Source of the DNA: Heterodontus francisci
Lineage: Eukaryota
Reading direction: 5' to 3'
NCBI RefSeq assembly: GCF_036365525.1
Contig: NC_090374.1
Coordinates: 152,832,989-152,896,988, forward strand
Length of the DNA stretch: 64,000 nt
Part shown: positions 37,274 to 49,690 of the stretch, one piece after another
Layout of the letters: each line of letters starts with the position of its first letter
Numbering within the stretch: position 1 is the stretch's first letter
Notes under the pieces: model-generated
Databases searched by the model: none
Seen by the model: the letters and a program-made list of their open reading frames with translations, nothing else
What the model was told of the DNA's origin: nothing
Made by a program: the position numbers and the translations under genes

Positions 37274-38214
37274 ACAACCAAAAAAGTTGCTGTTTCTTAT
37301 CAGTCTATGATTCCTTAGGAAGAACATGAGAAGGAACAGATTAGAATTTACGTAATGCCTTATCATATCTTTCAGAAACATCCAAAAATATTTCATATAC
37401 AATGAACTACAGTCTTTGTTATTTGGTCAAAGATAACTTCCAATTTGTGCACGACAAGGTCACATGAATAACAAAAGAGCTGAGTGACTAGTTAATCTGT
37501 TTTTGGTGATGAAATGTTGGCCAGGACACAGAGAGTTCTTCTTTAAATAGTGCTGGGTTTCCTTAACATCCACCTGAACTACCCTGAAAGACAATACCTT
37601 CGGCATTGCAGCACTCCCTCGGTACTGCACTAAAGTCTAGATTATGTACTGTGGCTACGTGAGTTAATAAAAATGGGAACATAAGAAGCTCCATAGAGCA
37701 TATTCTTATATTCTTATATTCCCAAATCCTTTTTCTTTCCCTGCCATGAGCATGGCCAAGTGCCTGTGGATCAAAGCGCCAGATATAGGGCACGGAGGAA
37801 CACAACCTCCTTCCATCCCGAACTTAAGGATAGCGCTAAACCATTTTGTTCAAGCACTGCTGAGCCTGCCTCAATTGTCTTACCGGTGCCTTCAAAGTCT
37901 GGCTTTGGTGTTACTAACATGCTACCGCATGGTACATACAGGCTGCGAAAGTAGACAAATATCAGCGGCGCTGCTGCTGTTGCATTTATCACTACGCATG
38001 TGTGGCCAGGCAGAGGAAACAGTGGCTGAAAGAGGGCAAAAAGAAATCAGGTGAACAGTTGGATTTTATCAGCAGCAGTGCCAGAAGTGGAGGACAAATT
38101 GATATTTTCACAGTGAAAGTGGAGTGTGCAGGTAATCAGGCCCCAAAGCTGCACGAGGCCACCCTCCAAGGCCATCTGCAGTCTTCTCCACTGAAAGTCA
38201 ATTCCACTAGTCAT

Positions 38215-39935
38215 GCTTGGAATTCTTTGCCATCTTTGGAATTCTCTGCCCCAGAGGGCTGTGGAGGCTCAGTAGTTGCATTTGTTCAAGACTGAGATCG
38301 ATAGATTTCTCCATATCAAAAGCATCAAAGGATACGGGGATAGTGCAGGAAAATGGTGTTGAAGTAGAAGATCAGCCATGATCTCACAGAATGGTGGAGC
38401 AGGCTCGAAGGGCTGAATGGCTTACTCCTGCTCCTATTATGTTCTTATGCTGCAGCCACTGGGAGAGCATTTCATAGAAGCACTAAGACTGCAACATAAC
38501 CCTGTTATTTAAGAAAGGAGGAAGAGAGAAAACGGGGATCTAAAGGCCAATTAGCCTAACATTGGTAGTAGGCAAAATGCTAGAATCTATTATTAGGGCC
38601 ATGGTAACAGGGCCCCTAAAAAAATCATAATATGATTAAGCAGAGTCAACACAGATTTATGGAAAGGAAATCATGTTTGACAAAGCTGTTGTAGTTTTTT
38701 TGAGAATGTAACTAGTAGGATGAATAAGGGGAACCAGTGAATGCAACATTTTTGGATTTTCAAAAAGCATTCACTAACGTGCCACACAAGACGTTATTAT
38801 ACAAATTTAGGACTCGTGGGATTGGGGGTAATCTATTAGCATAGATTAAGGATTGGTTAATAGACAGAAAACAGAGCAGGAAGAAATGGGACATTTTCAG
38901 TTTGGCAAGCTGTAGCAAGTGGGTGTTGCAAGGATCAGAACTTGGACCTCAGCTATTTCCAAGCTATATTAATGATCTAGGTGAGGCGACCTGAGTGTAA
39001 CAGATCCAAAATCACTGGCAATACAAAGTTAGGTGGAAAAGTAAGAAGTGAGGAGAACACAAAGAGGCTGTAGTGGGATACAGACAAGTTGGGTAAGTAT
39101 CCATGAATATGGCTGATGGAATATAATTGTTGAAGTGTGAAGTTTCCATTTTGGTTGGAAAAATAAAAAAGCGGAATATTTTTTGAATGGTGAGAGACTG
39201 GGAAATGTTTGCATTCGGAGGACCTGGGTGTCCTTATACATGAATCACAGAAAGTTAACATGCAGGTACAGCAAGCAATTAGGAAGGGAAATTGTATGTT
39301 AGCTTTTGTTACAAAGGGATTGGAGTATAAGAGTAAAGAAGTCTTACTACAATTATACAGGGCACTGGGGAGTTCGTACCCGGAGTACTGGGTGCAGTTT
39401 TATTGTCCTTACCTCAGGAAGGTCAGACATACTCTAGAGAGAGTGCAACGAACATTCACTAGACAAGTTCCTGGAGTAAGGGGATTTCCTATGAGGAAGC
39501 ATTGAGTAGACTAGGCCTAGATTCCCTGGAGTTTAGAAGAATGAAAGGTGATCTAATTAATATATAGAAAATTCTTAAGGGTCTTGACAGGGTAGATTCT
39601 GAGAAATGTTTCCTCTGGCTGGGGAATCTAGAGCATGGGATCACAGCCTCAGCATAAGGGGGTTGGCCATTTTGGACTGAGATGAGGGAGAAATTTCTTC
39701 ATTCAAAGGCTGGTGAATCTTGGAATTCTCTGCCCCAGAGAGCTGTGGATTCTCAGTTGTTGAGTATATTCAAGACAGAGATCAATAGATTTTTGGATAC
39801 TAAGGGAATTAAGGGATATATGGATAGAGCGGGAAGGTAGAGTTGAGGTAGAAGATCAGCCATGCTCTTGTCGAATGGCGGAGGAGCCTTTTCGGGCCAA
39901 TGGACTACTCCTGCTCCTATTTCTTATGTTCTTCT
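38215..39935 (+). mobile_element. CR1 tail (38215-38450) followed by a degenerate 5'-truncated CR1
   Basis: DLGVLIHESQKVNMQVQQAI, LERVQRTFTR; CR1 tails. Confidence 0.85.
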
Positions 39936-40129
39936 GACAGGCAAAGGCACATTGAAGAGACACTAAGGGAGAGCACAAAGGTGATTAGTTTATTTTTGTA
40001 TGCAATATAGCATGATATAATTTATAAATTTGGATTGGAATGTGTATTTTGTGTTGGCTTTTATTTTTGCACTGCGGGAAAGAGAACAATGTGATGATCA
40101 GTGCTAAAGGAAAAATAAGGACTGTTGGT

Positions 40130-41390
40130 GAACGGGGAGGTGTGGTTGAGGTTACTGGTATCCCTCATTAATTTTTTATTCAAGTAGAGCCCGGGCAGAA
40201 AGGGGCTATCCAGGTTGCAGCCTTTTTCTTTCTCCTCTTCAGCCTCTGCCTCTTCCTTCACTTCCTCATGGTCCAGCTCCTCAGCTTCTCACCTGAAAGT
40301 GATGGTAAGGGCTGTTCCCTCATGATGGCAAGGTTGGACAGCATGCATCATACTACTGCAACTCTTGAGACCCGCTCAGCCAAATACTTCAGAGCTCCTC
40401 CAGAGTACTTCCGGCAGCAGATTCCTTTCTGCGGCAACATGGTTGTCTGTGCACATGCATGTGGGTTGAGCACCGGAGCCAGGAGCCAGGTCGTCAGTGA
40501 ATAACCCTTGTCGCTCAGTATCCACCCTTTGGTTGGCTTTGGTGGTTGAAATACAACCTAACAGAGGATTCCCGCAGAATGAATGCATTGTGATTGTGCT
40601 AGAATACTGGCCATTGACCTGCATGATGCTCTTGCCTATGGTCACACACCAACTGCACATTGAGTCAATGAAATCCCTTTCGGCTCAGGCACAGACAGAG
40701 TTGACATGAGGTGCACACAAAGCAATAAGCATGTAGTCAATGGCACCCTGCACCAGGGGAAAGCTTGCAATCCTTGCAATCTCTCGTGCTCAATCTGCCT
40801 GCTTGTCTTTGGTGAGAGATAATGAGATGAAGCTACCTCTCTGTGTGTATCAGCTTCAGCTACCTCTCTTATGCAGAGTGTGCTGCAAACTGAAAGATGT
40901 TGCTTACATCTCCAGCTTGGAAGGAGCCAGACACATAGAAATTCAAAGCTACAGTTACCTTGACAGCCACAGGAAATACAGTCCTAGCCCAGCTCTGAGG
41001 TTGCCATACCACTCCCTGTAGCATATTGAAACTTTAACAAACTATAGAAAGCACCCAAAGGACTTAGAATTGCAGCAACATCCCAAATAAATAAACCAGC
41101 AACCTATGAGTAAGGAGTTGATGATCCCTTTAAATAGCTCTGGTATGTGGGGTGGGGAGGGTTGTCCTTCATGTTGTTTAACATTGTGCTCAGCTGTGCC
41201 AGGTTGAGAGAGGACATAGAATAGAGCATGAACTTCTAAAATTGAACCACTCACATCAAATCGTCATGATCTGCTTGCTCTGTATGCTGTTGGTGGAATG
41301 TTAGATGCATGCACGCAAACACCTTTATGAGAATAGCACACGCTACAGCAGCCAAAAAACGGGTGCTACAGAATCTAATTTTGCACCCCC
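40130..41390 (-). mobile_element. Degenerate Harbinger transposase remnant
   Basis: Minus-strand motifs [41 protein letters not shown] plus an acidic tail. Confidence 0.75.
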
Positions 41391-41399
41391 TTAATTATA

Positions 41400-43360
41400 T
41401 CCCCCCCCCCCTAATCTTCTATACTTGTGGGAATATAAACCTAGTCTATTCAACTTCTCATAATTTAGCCTTTTTAGTCCTGCTACTATTCTGGTGAATC
41501 TGTGCTGCACCCCCTCCATATCCTTCCTGTGGTGAACTTCCCAGAACTGAATGCAGTACTCCAGATTTGGTCTAACTAGAGCTTTATAATGTAGCATAAC
41601 TTCCATCTCTTTGTATCCCAGTCCCCTCAAGATGAATGTTAAAATTCCATTGGTCTTTTTAATTATTTTTGCACCTGTCTACTAGTTTTTAGTGATTTCT
41701 AAGCATGGACCCCTAGTCTCTCTGCTTTTTCACAATTCCTAGCATCTTTCCACTCTGATCTATCATTTTTATGTCAAAAATAGATGACCTCGCACTTCCA
41801 CACTCCATCTGCCACAGTTTTGCCCATGGATTTAATCTATCAATATCCCTTTGGAATTAGTCCCACACCTTCACTCAGCCCTGTAATTTTTTTATTTTTC
41901 AGTATATATCTAATTCCCTTTTGAAAGTTGATATTGAATCAGCTTCTATGTCCAACATAACAGCATTGAAAATTGCCCAGATATGTCCTGTCCACAACAA
42001 GTGGGTCAAATCCAATCCAGTCAATTACCGGCCCATCAGTCTACTCTCAACCATCAGCAAAATGATGGCAGGTATCATCGACAACGCTATCAAGCAGCAC
42101 TTACTCGCCAGTAACCTGTTTACAGATGCTCAGATTGGGTTCCGCCAGGACCACTTGGCTCCAGACCTCATTACAGCCTTGGTCCAACCATGGACAAAAC
42201 AGCTGAGGTCAGAGTGACTGCCCTTGAAGTCAACGTAGCATTTGACTGAGTGTGACATTATGGACTCCTAGCAAAATTGAAGTCAATGGGAATCGGGTGG
42301 GGGTGGGGAGGAGGTGCAGTGGAGGGAACTCTCCACTGGCTGGAGTCATATCTAGCACAAAGGAAGATGGTTGTGGTTGTTGAAAGTCAGCCATCTCAAC
42401 CACAGGACATTGCTGAGGGAGTTCCTCAGGCCAGTGTCCTTGGTTCAATCATCATCAGCTGTTTCATCAATGGCCATAACTCCAACATAAGGGTAGAAGT
42501 GGGGATGATTGCTAATGATTGCAATGTTCAGTTCCATTTGCAACTCATGGAATCATAGAATCATAGAATAGAATCATAGAATGGTTCGGCACAGAAGGAG
42601 GTCTTGAATCTGCCTCCACCACACTCAGGCAGTGCAATCCAAATCCCAAACACTTACTACGTAAAAAAGTTTCTCTCGATGTCGCTGTTGGTTCTTTTGC
42701 CATTCATCTTATATCTGTCTTCTCTGGTTCTCGACCATTCCACAAATGGGAACAGTTTCTCTCTATCTATTATGTCTAGGCACCTCATGGTTTTGAACAC
42801 CTCAATTAATGAAGCAGTCTGTGCCTGCATACAGCAAGACCTGGACAGTATTCAAGCTTGGGCTGAGAAGTGGCAAGTAGCATTTGTGCCGCACAAGTGC
42901 CAGGCTCTGACCATCTCCACCAAAAGAGTCCAACCACCTCCCCTTGATATTCAATGGCATGAGCATCACTGGACATCCCCACCATCAACATCCCGGGGAT
43001 CACCATTGTCCAGAACTTAACTGGGCCAGCCACATAAATACTGTGGCAACAACAGCTGGTCAGAAGCTAGGAATGCTGTGGCGAGTGACTCATCTCCTGA
43101 TTCCCCAAAGCTTTTGCACAATCTATAAGTCACAAGACTGGAGTGTGTTGGAATACTCTCCACTTGCCTGGATGAGTGCAGTTCCAACTACACGCAAGAA
43201 GCTCGACACCATCCAGGACAAAGGAGCCGAATTGATTAGCACCTCATCCATCATCTTTCACTCCCTCCACCACCAGCACACAGTGGCTATGGTGTGCACC
43301 ATCTGCAGGACGCACTGCAATAACTTGCCAAGGCTTTGTCAACGGCACTTCGCAAACCTT
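41400..43360. mobile_element. CR1 fragment (-, ~41400-41830) then second-family CR1-group LINE (+, ~41960-43360) with a CR1 tail insert (-, ~42547-42808)
   Basis: KALVRPNLEYCIQFW; SNPVNYRPISLLSTISK, GVPQASVLG, QQDLDSIQAWAEKWQV. Confidence 0.8.
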
Positions 43361-43554
43361 TATTCCAGTTTTTCCACTCTCTCCTCATAACTGAAATCCC
43401 GAATCCCTGGTACATAATCCATTACAAATTGTATTAACAGTTATACAAGCCCAAACATGGTTTGTGTTCATTGTGGCCCAGTCATACCAGTGTCACACTC
43501 TACTGTTGCTGCTGCTGCTTAAATATTGGCTCCTGGAAGTTATCTTTCTTTCAA

Positions 43555-43878
43555 TGGGAGAGCTGCACTGTCAGAGGTGACACCTTTCAGATGAGATGTT
43601 AAACCAAGGCCCCGTCTGCTCTCTCGGGTGAACATAAAAGATCCCACTATTTTTAAGAAGAGCAGGGGAATTATCCTGTCAATATTTATCCCTCAATCAG
43701 CATCACAAAAAACAGATTTTCTCGTCCTTATTACATTGCTGTTTGTAAGAGTTTGCTGAGGACAAGTTGGCTGCCAAGTTTTCTATATCACAACAGTGAC
43801 TACACTTCAAAAGTAATTAATTGGCTGTAAAGCACTTTGAGATATCTGGTGAAGAGTGCTATTTAAATGTGAGTCTTT
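43555..43878 (+). mobile_element. DeuSINE (Deu core + L2-type tail)
   Basis: gcactgtcagaggtg..ctttcagatgagatgttaaacc..aaagatccc..gtaaagcactttgag. Confidence 0.8.
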
Positions 43879-44142
43879 TTCCTTTTTTCCTTTCAATAAT
43901 CTTGCTAATGACTTAATATTACTTCAGAGAAACAGAAAGATTCACTGAAATTATTAGTTGATCAATTACAATTAGCTCATAAATTGTCTTAATGCCACAG
44001 ACAAGATGATTCTGTTCATTTTATTATCTGATTAAATGCAAAATATCACTCCTTGCCCTCATACGTGGATTTTCTGTACGAAAGAGCTGAGAGAACTATT
44101 GCTACATGTTGACCCTTAGTGTGATCCGTATTCCATGGATCA

Positions 44143-47010
44143 CATAGAATCACAGAATGGTTACAGCACAGAAGGAGGCCATTCAGCCCATCATCTCCAT
44201 ACCAGCTTCTGCAAGAGCAACTCAGCTAGTCCCACTCACCCCACCTTTTCCCCCAGCCCTGCAAATCTTTTCTATTCAGATAATTATCCAACTCAGTTTT
44301 GAAAGTCACAATTGAGTCTGCCTCCACCACACTCTCAGGCAGTGCATTCCATATCCTAACCATTTGCTGCGTAAAGATGTTTTTTCTCAAGTCACCTTTG
44401 GTCCTTTTGCCATTCACCTTACATTGGTGTCCTCTGATTCTCGACCTTTCCGCAAAAGACAACAGTTTCTCCCTATCTACTCTGTCCATGTCCCTCATGA
44501 TTTTGAATACCTCTATCAAATCTCCTCTCAACCTTTTCTTCTCTATGGAGAACAATCCCAACTTCTCCAATCTATCAATGTAACTGAAGTCCTTCATCCC
44601 TGGAATCATTCTCATGAATCTTTTCTGCACTCGCTCTAATACTTTTACATCCTTCCTGAAGTGTGGTGCCCAGAATTGGACACAATACTCCAGCTGAGGT
44701 CAAACTAGTGTTTTTTAGTGTTACGACTGAGGCAGGAGGAGTCCACTGTTAATTCAGTCCCACTTCTCCACAGGTCACAACATATTCTTTAAAGTTTTTC
44801 CACTTGTTGAAACATTCAATCAGATACATTATTTCCCCCCAGAATAGAACACACTAACCAGGTTTCTTTACTGAAGAACAAAATTAACACTTTATTGTAA
44901 AATAAGTCGTTATTAATAATAAGGGAAAAACAATATCACATAGATCAAAATTTTTTTTTTAAATCCAGCATTAAATTTTAGGAAGTCCCCTTTACCGTAG
45001 TCCATTCACATTCACGCACGCACCCACGCACACACACACACACACACACACACGTATATTCCGGTTAACTGAAAAAAGTAAAAAAGGATTTTTAGATCAG
45101 AGCTCGATTACAGACAAAAAAACACACTCGGGCAGATCACTTGCCCATGCCTGAAAAAATAAATAGCAGATGAGACACACTGCGCCAAACTGGCACACAG
45201 TCCAACCTCTGAGCACACACAGGCAAGATCTTCAGAATCTTCCAGAATTAGCTCTCTTCAGGCACCATTGAAAAATAATTTAGCAGGCCTTCTTGAAATA
45301 GAGGAATGTCAGGCAAACCCCACCTGTCAAGACTGATGCACACATTATTTCGCCACATGAACATTAAAATGTAAAAATTTGCAATCTCTGACTGGAAGGA
45401 CATTTGCATAATACAAGACAATGTGGAAACAAAGGGAGCCAGTCCCTGTTTCTCCAATGCACAGAATTGGTCAAACCAGTTCTAGTCACATGTCTAGCTG
45501 GCTGGAGCTTTTGGATTTGAACTTCCAACAAAGGATGTCGAAGAGACTGTTCCATATAAGGAGCTAGTCACATGACTAACCTGCTGAGCACCGTGGGAGC
45601 TTTTTGAATTTTAAACTCCCAACAAAGGGATCAAGCAGAATGCTGTGTGTTTATGGACTGAGAACATATCCTCTCCTTCCAGTCTGCCTTCCTGCTCATT
45701 TCTCAGAGAACTGAAACCATTGGAGACACATAAACTCAGAGAGAGAAAAGATTTCCTACGTGAACAAGGTTTAAGAATAATACTGGGCCCCAATGAAACG
45801 CAAGACTATATCTTCAATCAAGGACTACAGCAAGCTCGGGAAACAGTAATAAGATATTGCCTCAAATTGTTCTACTTATCTTTTCTTCTGCTCTTTTCTG
45901 TCCCTATTTTTGCATATTTATATTGCATGCTCCACATATCCGTAGGCATGAACCGTATTAGAGTTGAAGTTTAAGGTTCAATAAATGTCCTCTTTCGGCT
46001 TTAAACCAAAGAAAGCTGCTTGTGCTCATTTACTTGCCTTATAATTGGAAAGTTGTGAACAAGGATTCATAAGAGGGGAGCTCAATACACAGTGTGTTTA
46101 AAATTAAACCCTGTTACAATAAGACCAGGTGAAGACAGCAAGAGACCCCAAGACACATTGCTCACCTGGTCATAACAGGAAACAAGACAAATTGACACAC
46201 TGAACTTCACTGAGTCTTTTAGGGAATTGCGAGTAAACAAGCTGGGTTGTGGTCTTCTGTTCTTCCTTGGAATTCTGTCCTTCTTCTGCAGAAAACTTGA
46301 CTTTTGTCTGCTTCCAGAAGGTATCATACATACGCACTGACTGACAACCAGAAAGCTTGACAGTTTTCTACCCACCCAGATGTTCTCTGTTACTACTGGG
46401 CCTGTCCAATCAAAGGAGTGCTTGTCAATTTTCTGCCCCTGTTGCCAGAGCTTCTGTTCTAAGCCTAGCCTGAGATATGTGACAAACAGCAACATTGTTG
46501 TCAATCCAGCCCTCACTGGCCTCTTGATTAAAAAAACAGTTACTTAGCTTAACTATAAATTCCTTAAAAAAAAATATTTTTAACAAAACAGAGTCACCTT
46601 CATAACAATAGGTTCACCATAACTTCCTTCCTTTTGTTCTCTATGTCTCTATTTATAAACCTCAGGATCCCATATGCCTTATTAACCACTTTCTCAATCT
46701 GTCCTGCCACCTTCAATGATTTGTGCACATATACCCACAGGTCCCTCTGCTCCTGCATTCCCTTTGGAATTGAATCCTTTATATCACCTCTCATTGCTCT
46801 TCCTACCAAAATGTATCACTTCACACCATTTTGCATTAATTTTCATTTGCCACATGTCCACACATTCCACCAGCCTGTTTATGTCCTCTTGAAGTCTATC
46901 ACTATCGTCCTCACAGTTCTCAATAATTCCAAGTTTTGTGTCATCTGCAAATTTTGAAATTTTGCCTTGGATACCCAAATCTAGGTCATTAATTTAAATG
47001 AAGAAAAGCA
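44143..47010 (-). mobile_element. CR1 LINE (pieces 44143-44715 and 46590-47010) split by a block of LTR fragments (~44719-46580)
   Basis: MQKRFMRMIPG and KFADDTKLG ORFs flank LTR pieces (TGTTACG at ~44719; CTCACCTGGTCATAACA end at ~46177). Confidence 0.8.
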
Positions 47011-47041
47011 TGGTGGAAGCAATAGGCTCATGACTGCATCT

Positions 47042-47965
47042 TGTCATGAACATGTGCTACGCCAAATGATCTTTTAAAATCCATTGGTTGGAAACCTAAA
47101 TTAAACTTTAAAAAGAAAGCAGGAGTCAAAGAAATTGAATTAAACTTTGAAAAGAAAGCAGCTAAAATGGCCACCACAATTTGCAGCAAAATACCTCACA
47201 TACCAAGGTATCAAAGTGGAGATGAACATTTGGTTAATCTCCCACCAGAACAATGGCTTGCGAATTGTGAATGAGCTACCTGCCTCACCTCCATTAACAA
47301 GACATTCAAAGCCATCTTGGAACATTAACACTAGTGGAGACAAACCTCAAAGGGTAAACACTGAAACGATGAGAGATTAGAAATTAGACATAATCTAATT
47401 AAATTGCAAAAGGGAGAATACACTGGATAATCATGTGACATTCTGTCCATCTGTGTGAAAACTGGCAGTTTCTTTTTGCTGCAGCAGACAAGTACCTGCT
47501 TTTGACCAGAGTAGGACCCAAGTGGGGGTCTGTCTGTCTGTCTGTCTGTCTCCAGGTGACACTGTTGGTTGGAACCCTATCTCCGGGCTGCAAAACATCT
47601 ATTACTGCAGACAGAGATCCCAGGGAGAAAACCATTTACATCACTGTCTCCAAGAATACCCTGGCCACCTCTACCAACCAGAAACTTCAGAATCACGAGT
47701 TCATCCGGAGGACCACTGAATTACAAGACTCCACAGACTGTATATTCTTTTATTTGTTCTGGACTCCAATCCAACCAATCTATTCTTCTTCACTCTGTGA
47801 CCTATTTGTGTGTGTGTGTGTGTGAAAGCTGGAGCATAGTTTATTATTTTTACTTATATCGGGTTTTGATTTTAAGTACAATAAACTAACCTTTCTTGTT
47901 TAAACTCAAGAAAACCTGTCTAATTGGTTCTTTTATGCTCATAGCATATAAAAGAGTTAAACAGG
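47042..47965 (+). mobile_element. LTR-like fragment
   Basis: Starts TGTCATG; AATAAA and cttgtttaaact..agaaa.cctgtct motif shared with the other LTRs. Confidence 0.5.
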
Positions 47966-48113
47966 TAGTGGTATTGTTTCTGGACCAGTAACCCAGAGAC
48001 CCAGTGTATTGCTCTGGGAACATGGGTTCTAATCTCAGCAGAAGGTGGAATTTGAATTCAATTCAATTAACAAAAATCTGCAATTAAAAGTTAGTCTAAT
48101 GATGGCCATGAAC

Positions 48114-48542
48114 TAAAGGCCTGTTCAAGTCACAAAAAAACCCGACCTGAACCCGACGGAACCACATCGGATTCGAGCCTGACCCAGCCCAAGTCCCTCC
48201 ATTTCCCCGAGCCCGACCCGCCCCAACCACTGCAATGTTCCCTTTGCTTACATTCCGACTCCCAATCTGCTGGAAGCTGCAGCGTGCGCGTGATGACATC
48301 ATAGAGATGCTCACTGCACAGACTCAGTTTCCCTGCTTGACGTCCCGGACTCACAGCTCAGGTAAGTTTTTAACTTTTAACACTTACTTTGCTGTGTGTG
48401 TCTGACCTGGACCCGGCCCGACTCAGACCTGGCCCGACCCAATCCAAGCCCGAAAGCCGACTTGGAAGATTAGGCTGACTTGATCCGAACCCGACACGTG
48501 TCGTCGGGTCCTGTCGGGTTCGGGTCGGGTAGCAGGCCTTTA
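48114..48542. mobile_element. hAT MITE, copy 1
   Basis: Perfect 10-bp TIR TAAAGGCCTG/CAGGCCTTTA, perfect 8-bp TSD CCATGAAC (48106-48113, 48543-48550), CCCGA subterminal repeats. Confidence 0.92.
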
Positions 48543-48934
48543 CCATGAACCCATTGTCAATTGTTGTAAAAACCCATCGGGTTCACTAATGTCCTTACCT
48601 GTTCTGGTAAACGTAACTCCAGACCCACAGCAATGTGGTTCACTCTTAAATGCCCTCTGAAATGGCCTAGCAAGCCACTCAGTCGTACCAATCCACTACA
48701 AAATCAATAAAGAATGAAACCAGATGGACCATCCAGCATTGACCTAGATACCGGAAATGACAATGGCAAACCCAACCCTGTTGAACCTGCAAAGTCCTCC
48801 TTACTAACAGCTGGAGGCTTGTGCCGAAGTTGGGAGAGCTGTCAAACAAGATGAAGAACAAGAGGGGAGCCTTTTGACCCCTCCTCACCTGATTGTAACA
48901 ATCTCTTAATGAACTCAACCCAGATAGTAAGACT

Positions 48935-49338
48935 TAGAGGCCTGCTACCCGACCCGACCTCGACGGGACCTGACGACATGTGTCGGGCTCGGGTCGGATC
49001 GGGCCGGACACACACGGTAAGTGCTCTGCTGGTAAGTATTAAAAATAAAAAAACTTACCTGAGCTTGGAGTCTGGGACGAAACTGAGTCTGTGCAGTGAG
49101 TAAGTGACATCACTATGACGTCTCATGCATGCGCTGCTGCTTCTTGTAGTCTCAGTGTCAGGAAGGTAAGTAAACGGATGGTCAGATCGGGCTCAGGTCG
49201 GGCCAAGTACTGGCGGGTTCGGGTCAGGTTGGGCTTGGGGCAAAATTGGAGGGACTTGGGCCGGGTCGGGTTTGGGCCCGCTGTAGTTCGGTCGGGTTCG
49301 GGTCAGGTTCTTTTACCCGACCCTAAAGTAGGCCTCTA
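48935..49338. mobile_element. hAT MITE, copy 2 (inverted relative to copy 1)
   Basis: TIR TAGAGGCCT/AGGCCTCTA, TSD GTAAGACT/ATAAGAGT (6/8), CCCGA/TCGGG repeats. Confidence 0.85.
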
Positions 49339-49690
49339 ATAAGAGTGGTAGGAAACAGCAGAGTTTGAAAGCATTGGGCATGAATGTAACCATTTACAAA
49401 TAACATCAAAAAACATTTCTCAGATGAGCATCTTTAGCTGCCTTCCCCATAGAGTTAATCAATGCAAAATTAATGACTTTGAAAGAAAGGCGATGGAAGT
49501 TTTAGATAGGCTTGAAGACCTTAAAAGAAATATATCCTCAGGGATAAATGACATTTACCCTAGAGAACTGAGGGAGACTAATTGGGAGATTTGTGAAGCA
49601 TTGGCACTCATTGCCTGGGAGCCATTAGACTCTGGGAGATACCAATAAACTGGAAATAAGCTCATTTGGTTTTCATATTTAAAGAGGTGG

